Origin: a virus
Length of the DNA: 64,000 bases
Strand: one strand, 5' to 3'
IMG/VR virus record: IMGVR_UViG_3300001688_000618
Span: 659 to 64,658 of that record
The notes beneath the pieces were generated by a model. The model did not search any database. It saw only the letters and a list, made by a program, of their open reading frames with translations, and was not told where the DNA came from. The translations under genes were made by a program, and so were the position numbers. Every line of letters begins with the position of its first letter. Position 1 is the stretch's first letter. Positions 59,097-64,000 of this stretch are shown here, in pieces.

Positions 59097-60637
59097 TACC
59101 CCTCTAACAACTTTTTAATGTCAATCAAATTTATTTCCTGTTGTTTTGTTAACTCATCTATGTCAGACACTATTTCTTTTGTACTCCTATGTATAACTCT
59201 CTCTTTAATATACTTTTTGTATTTGTTTATTGTTAAATCATATCGGTTGTTTCTGATTTCATCTGCACTTACCATAAATGATTTTTCTGTTCGTTCTCTA
59301 TTTATTTCATCTTGAAGATTATTAAAACGCTCAATTACCAAAGGAATATCATTGTCTTCAATTTTATTTCGTTTCGCATCCAGAGAATACCCATCACTTG
59401 TCATATCAAAAAACCAAACATTATCGGTGCCACCCTTGTCCGTTTTTTCAAAAATAATAAACGATGTTTTTACTCCTGCACCCTTACTTGAAGACCCCTT
59501 TTTTGAAGGTGCCATAAAGATTCCCTGTGGCATCGATATTATACCAATTAACTTTTGGTTATCCACCAATTCTGCTCTCAATCTTCTATGAGCATTGTCA
59601 TCACCGAATAAAACCCCATCAGGAACAATAGTCATACATCTTCCACCAATTTTGAGCAATCTATCCATTAATGTCACAAACAATAACTCTGTCTTTTTTG
59701 TTTTTGTTAATGTCAACAACTTGTCATCTATAGCACTTTCAACCAAACTGCCAGAGAAAGGTGGATTTGCAAGAACTAAATCAAATTTGCCAACATACTC
59801 TTTGGAATTTTCGCCTTCAAGCAATGAGTCCTTTGTTATTATTGGTTTTTTAACACCATGCAAAACCAAGTTCATATAACCAATACGAGCCATGTTTGAA
59901 TCATTATCGCAACCATAAAACATTCTCTCTGTAAATTGAACATTCTTTTGAACATTTAACAAATCAGCCTTTTGATGTTCTTTAATATATTTTGCACTTT
60001 CAATAAGGAATCCTGCTGTCCCCATCGCTGGGTCGATAATTTTCTCACCTAGTTTAGGTTTCATCATTTCAACAGCCATATCTATTATGTGTCGTGGAGT
60101 TCTAAATTGACCTGATACACCACTTCCACACATATACTCATAAACATCGCCCATCAAATCTGTATTATTAAAATTAAACTCATCATCAGATAATTTATCA
60201 ACGACCGATGAAAGAAGTCTCTCCCTATCATCAAAACCATAAGTCAAATTCTTTGTGAATTTTGAAAAAGCAAATCCACCTGATGAATTTGGATCTTTGA
60301 TGAAAGGATAAACATAATCCTTTAATGTTTTAGCCAAGTCTGCTGAATTAAGGTTTTTAAAGTTTTTCCAGCGCAACTTTGAATAAGGAACATTGATGCC
60401 AAGTTCCTCATTTACATAGTTTCCACTTTTGAAAACCAAATCCTCATCTCTTGGTTGAACACCAATCATTTCAGCACTTGCCTCTACATCATTTTGTTTA
60501 TCATCAAGCATTTTGACAAACATTAATGTTGTAATTTGGTTAACTATCTCCAAAGTGTTAGCCATATTTTCATTGTAAAATGCCTGCCAAATTGCGTTAA
60601 CTTTATTTTTAATACTTCCTGTAATCATCGTGTACAT
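59096..60637 (-). CDS. hsdM: Type I R-M methyltransferase subunit
   Basis: GQFRTPRHII, DPAMGTAGFL, ANPPFSG, IVPDGVLFG. Confidence 0.95.
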   Translation of the reverse strand: MYTMITGSIKNKVNAIWQAFYNENMANTLEIVNQITTLMFVKMLDDKQNDVEASAEMIGVQPRDEDLVFKSGNYVNEELGINVPYSKLRWKNFKNLNSADLAKTLKDYVYPFIKDPNSSGGFAFSKFTKNLTYGFDDRERLLSSVVDKLSDDEFNFNNTDLMGDVYEYMCGSGVSGQFRTPRHIIDMAVEMMKPKLGEKIIDPAMGTAGFLIESAKYIKEHQKADLLNVQKNVQFTERMFYGCDNDSNMARIGYMNLVLHGVKKPIITKDSLLEGENSKEYVGKFDLVLANPPFSGSLVESAIDDKLLTLTKTKKTELLFVTLMDRLLKIGGRCMTIVPDGVLFGDDNAHRRLRAELVDNQKLIGIISMPQGIFMAPSKKGSSSKGAGVKTSFIIFEKTDKGGTDNVWFFDMTSDGYSLDAKRNKIEDNDIPLVIERFNNLQDEINRERTEKSFMVSADEIRNNRYDLTINKYKKYIKERVIHRSTKEIVSDIDELTKQQEINLIDIKKLLEG

Positions 60638-60663
60638 CTCCTTGTCGTAAACTATACAAAGTC

Positions 60664-60690
60664 ATTATACCACAAAATCATTGATTTTGT
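60664..60690 (-). promoter_or_regulatory. hsdM extended -10 promoter with perfect palindromic operator
   Basis: TGGTATAAT (60672-60664); ACAAAATCA-t-TGATTTTGT (60672-60690). Confidence 0.6.
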
Positions 60691-60790
60691 ATCGAATTAA
60701 ATCAAAATTCTTCTTTTTTTTATTAATAAATATATATAAGTACATAAAAAGGACATTCCTATCAACGAAATGCCCTTAAATTATAATCGA

Positions 60791-61033
60791 TTATTCTGCC
60801 TCGAGGTTGTCTGGCTTAAATAAATCATCATCAAAAAATTCTTTTAATGAAATTCCTAACCCTTCTGTGATAAGTATAATTGTGTTTAAGTTGATGCTTT
60901 TGTGATCCTCATCAATTAAATGTTTTAGTGTCACTTCAGACATTGCAACCTTCTTACACAATTTATACCGAGTCATTCCACTCTTTGCTAGCAAATTACT
61001 TACTCGTAAAGCCACCGCTCTTGAAGTCTTCAT
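60791..61033 (-). CDS. XRE-family HTH regulator
   Basis: GMTRYKLCKK...I.LNTI..ITEGLGISLKEFFDD. Confidence 0.85.
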   Translation of the reverse strand: MKTSRAVALRVSNLLAKSGMTRYKLCKKVAMSEVTLKHLIDEDHKSINLNTIILITEGLGISLKEFFDDDLFKPDNLEAE

Positions 61034-61110
61034 ATTTTACATCTCCTTGTTAATATATATAATTTTAACAAACGAGTTCTTTAAAAATACTTCCGTTTTC
61101 GTAAGTAAAT

Positions 61111-61141
61111 AATTGACTATGTGGTCAATTTGGATTATAAT
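61111..61141 (+). promoter_or_regulatory. Sigma-A promoter for the SLOG gene with overlapping palindrome
   Basis: TTGACT(61113)-17 bp-TATAAT(61136); AATTGAC-N6-GTCAATT. Confidence 0.7.
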
Positions 61142-61169
61142 TAGATGACTACATAAAGGAGTTATTTAT

Positions 61170-61721
61170 ATGGGCTTATTTGATAAAAAACAGGCACTTA
61201 CACCTGATGATCGTGAACATACAATTTGTAACACGGGGCACCGACCACAAAGTCTACCTTGGGGCTTTGATGAAACAAAATCGTCCTGCGTGGCATTCAA
61301 AGTTGATTTATATAATACTATTGAGCGAGCAATAAATGCTGGCTTTACGCACTATATTTCAGGGCTTGCAATAGGCGTTGACACAATGTTCGCTGAAGCA
61401 GTGATTGAACTACGCAAGAAATACAAAAACATTACTCTTGAAGGTGCAATTCCCTGTCGCAACCAGGATGAACGCTGGAACTCTGAATCAAAGAAACGCT
61501 ATGCTAAAATTAAGAAAGAATGTGACTTCCTCACCTATATTTCTGATGAATATACACCAACATGCATGAACGACAGAAACAAGTACATGGTTGACCACTC
61601 TGCTGTTGTTATTGCTGTTTGGAACGGCAAACCAAGTGGCACAGGAAACACTGTTCGTTTTGCAAAGGAACGTGGTTGCAAAATCAAAGTAATTAACCCT
61701 GAAGATTATCGCAACAAATAG
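61170..61721 (+). CDS. SLOG superfamily (DUF1273/YspA-like) protein
   Basis: TGHRP, ISGLAIGVD, RNKYMVDHS, WNGKPSGTGNTVRFA. Confidence 0.88.
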   Translation: MGLFDKKQALTPDDREHTICNTGHRPQSLPWGFDETKSSCVAFKVDLYNTIERAINAGFTHYISGLAIGVDTMFAEAVIELRKKYKNITLEGAIPCRNQDERWNSESKKRYAKIKKECDFLTYISDEYTPTCMNDRNKYMVDHSAVVIAVWNGKPSGTGNTVRFAKERGCKIKVINPEDYRNK

Positions 61722-61743
61722 GACTTTAACAGTCCTTTTTTTT
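61720..61743 (+). terminator. Terminator after the SLOG gene
   Basis: AGGACT-ttaac-AGTCCT followed by T-run. Confidence 0.7.
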
Positions 61744-61922
61744 ATACCAAAAAACAGACAATTCTTTGTGTATGTAGTAGCGAGATTTTGTGCGAGATAT
61801 AACGCAAATGAAATACTTTGATTGTGTTTTTTCAAATATTTTTGTCTGTTTTGCGTTTTTTATAGAAAAGCATATCGCTAAAACGCCCTATTTACCGCAC
61901 TTTTTTAACTGCTATCACAACA

Positions 61923-61955
61923 GACATTTCCTGCGTCAATTTGCTCGGCTATTAC
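61923..61955. other. Prophage attachment junction (core TG at 61942-61943)
   Basis: ...TGCGTCAATT-TG-CTCGGC; terL homology ends at YVIAE. Confidence 0.85.
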
Positions 61956-62885
61956 ATATATATTGCCATCAAAATCTTCTGCATACCAATGAGCAGAAAG
62001 CGGATTATTTAAGCCCGGATCAATTGAAATGTTGTCATACCACTCAATAGGAACATTGAAAGGTTCAATTACATGTGTATTCACATCAAATTCGCTATAA
62101 ACCATTCCCCCGTTATGAATAAATTTTCCATATCTTCGGCTTTGCAATTCATCTTCTGACAATGTACTGCTTAAATAAGAAATTTCATCTTTATCTAAAA
62201 AAGGGTTATCTGCCCATTCCATAAAAATAAACCATATTTCATCATCGTTGTTTTTATTCAAATAAATTTCATCATAAACCCAAGTAAGCCCTTTTAGCGG
62301 AGTCATTGTTCCAAAGATATCGCCTTTTCTATCTATAATTCTCATACGACATTCTTGATAAATATCTAATGGAGCTTCTTCATCAAACCAAACAAAATCA
62401 AGACTTGCACCTTGAAATTTCTCTCGACCTTGATCACAAGATTTAAAAGCAATTTTGCTTTCACCACCAAAAATATTTTTTATTATTATATAATCAATTA
62501 TTCCATAATTAGCACTACTTTTTCTGCCTTCTAACATAACAATTTCTTCTATCCACATTGGGTTTAAATATTGCAAAATTTTTTGTTGGGCAACATCTCT
62601 TTGCATTTGACGGGAAAGCGACACAACCCAGCCAGACATATTTTTTTTGTTTTTTCTGAAAGGATGAATGCCTCGTGCTAGCCAAATTGCTTCTACTGCA
62701 CCACATTCAGTTTTACCGCTTCTGTTTCCACCAAACACCCAGCGGTTTCGCTTATTACTTTTGTGAAATTCCATTTGTTTTTTATGCACTAAATTTCCTG
62801 TGTTATATTTTGCAAGCTTGTCTTTTTCTTGTCTTTCTTGTAATAAATTTTCTATTTTTTTTAATTTATGTATTATATTTTGCAT
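61942..62885 (-). pseudogene. N-terminal 314 aa (ATPase plus start of nuclease domain) of the resident terminase large subunit, interrupted
   Basis: GGNRSGKT Walker A, VWFDEE Walker B, GTMTP, SIDPGLNNP; reads 12 codons into the prophage to a stop at 61905. Confidence 0.92.
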
Positions 62886-63024
62886 TAAAAATATCTCCTA
62901 TTAAATTAAAAATTATTACCTATTTTTTGCCAAAATCTCTCATAATAAGCATTTGGATATTAAAGTTTTTATGTTAATATTCTTATTAATGAAGAATATA
63001 AATTTAAAGCCAAATTTGATTCGT

Positions 63025-63933
63025 ATGAAAAGTGCATTTTTTATAATTTTTGTTTTAATTATAAATGCATTTTTATTTTGCGAGTTGTTTTTTTTAGATA
63101 ATTTTAAACCACTAGATATTAAAAATAATTTGAATTTAAGTTTTAACAACTTCAATGAAATAAAAAATGCAAACAATTTTGCATTTGCAGAAGAAGAAAA
63201 TGTTTATGCAAAAATTAAAAGCGATAATGTGTATCTATATTCGCAAGCAATAAATAATGATTTATATAAAATTTTTTGTTTGCCCAGAAGCTACTTTGTG
63301 ATTTTGACTGGCAATGCTGGCGATAGCTCTAATTTATTTTATAAAGCAACCTATATGGATATTTCGGGCTTTATAAAAAAGAATGAAGTTCAGCCCATTA
63401 TAGGCACACCTCAAAATCCGTTTGCCGATAATCTTACATTTAGTACATTTACCCCTAATGGTATTGAGCTTCGAAATTCACCTAGTAATTCAAATTCTTA
63501 TAACATTGTAACAACCGTGTCGTTTTCTAAAACTTTAACTTATTATGGTAGAATATCAGGTGAGCAAATGATTCCTCAAATGGGCACAACTTGGTATTAC
63601 TGTAAATATGTAGATGAAAAAAATAATATTTATTATGGATATTTATATTCTGAATATTGTTACTTATTATCTGAAATAACAGAAAATTTAGAAAGTTTTC
63701 CTGATTATCAAGGCGAATTATTTCCGCAATCCGTTGACATAACTCCTAGCACCGACCAAATAAATTTAAGTCGTGAATTGAAAATATTTATTATAGTTTG
63801 TGCTTGTGTTCCTTGTTTTATAATTATATATTTATTATTTAAACCTACAAAATTAATCATAGATAATGGAAATCATAAGAAAAAAATAAATAAAGTTAAA
63901 AAAGGAGAATATTACGAATATGAAGATGATTAA
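63025..63933 (+). CDS. Host exported/membrane-anchored hypothetical protein (SH3-like domains)
   Basis: N-terminal hydrophobic helix; LRNSPS...WYYCKY...YGYLYS; C-terminal TM; start uncertain (ORF track gives 62953). Confidence 0.6.
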   Translation: MKSAFFIIFVLIINAFLFCELFFLDNFKPLDIKNNLNLSFNNFNEIKNANNFAFAEEENVYAKIKSDNVYLYSQAINNDLYKIFCLPRSYFVILTGNAGDSSNLFYKATYMDISGFIKKNEVQPIIGTPQNPFADNLTFSTFTPNGIELRNSPSNSNSYNIVTTVSFSKTLTYYGRISGEQMIPQMGTTWYYCKYVDEKNNIYYGYLYSEYCYLLSEITENLESFPDYQGELFPQSVDITPSTDQINLSRELKIFIIVCACVPCFIIIYLLFKPTKLIIDNGNHKKKINKVKKGEYYEYEDD

Positions 63934-64000
63934 AAAAAATAAGTCATTTGCATAAAATTTTTTTATATTCAATGCAAGCATCATAAATTATTTGTTTTTT

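Larger units (their letters stand above)
10589..61943 (-). mobile_element. Temperate siphovirus-like prophage, 51,353 bp, integrated in the resident terL
   Basis: Replication, packaging, head, tail, holin and recombinase modules present; TG core at both ends; reconstructed attP TGCGTcaatt-TG-tatcaACGCA; visibly less AT-rich than the flanks. Confidence 0.9.

Noticed and set aside
14274..59879. Numerous 60-150 aa plus-strand ORFs antisense to prophage genes
   Set aside because: Shadow ORFs of well-supported minus-strand genes, with no RBS or recognisable motifs.
61905..61941. C-terminal QIDAGNVCCDSS of ORF 61905..62885 as the real terL end
   Set aside because: It is read-through into the prophage end; the rest of the nuclease domain is at 10105-10590.

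Overview
AT-rich low-GC Firmicute-like DNA (standard genetic code; TGA is used as a stop) containing two nested phage-type systems. (1) Positions 1-10590 and 61942-62885 hold a minus-strand, podovirus/P22-like head-packaging cluster: terL, terS-like, portal, scaffold, major capsid, adaptor and nozzle-like genes. It has host-like AT content, interleaved non-phage genes and near-pure A/T spacers, so it may be a domesticated, GTA-like locus. (2) A ~51.35 kb apparently intact siphovirus-like prophage (10591-61943) is inserted inside that cluster's terL gene. The ends share a TG dinucleotide and rejoin into a symmetric serine-integrase-type attP; precise excision would restore a 475-aa in-frame terL (…YVIAE|HYEAKQ…). 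The prophage carries tandem large serine recombinases, HK97-type head genes, a short tape measure, two holin-like genes but no recognisable endolysin, and a LexA-like repressor with two SOS boxes on a consensus promoter. It also has a multi-hairpin leader before a sigma-like gene, an SNF2 helicase apparently split by an HNH endonuclease, metK under its own SAM riboswitch between two DNA methyltransferases, a type I R-M plus GmrSD-like defence block, and Y-family polymerase/YolD and SLOG cargo. All product calls come from motif recognition by eye, without database searches.
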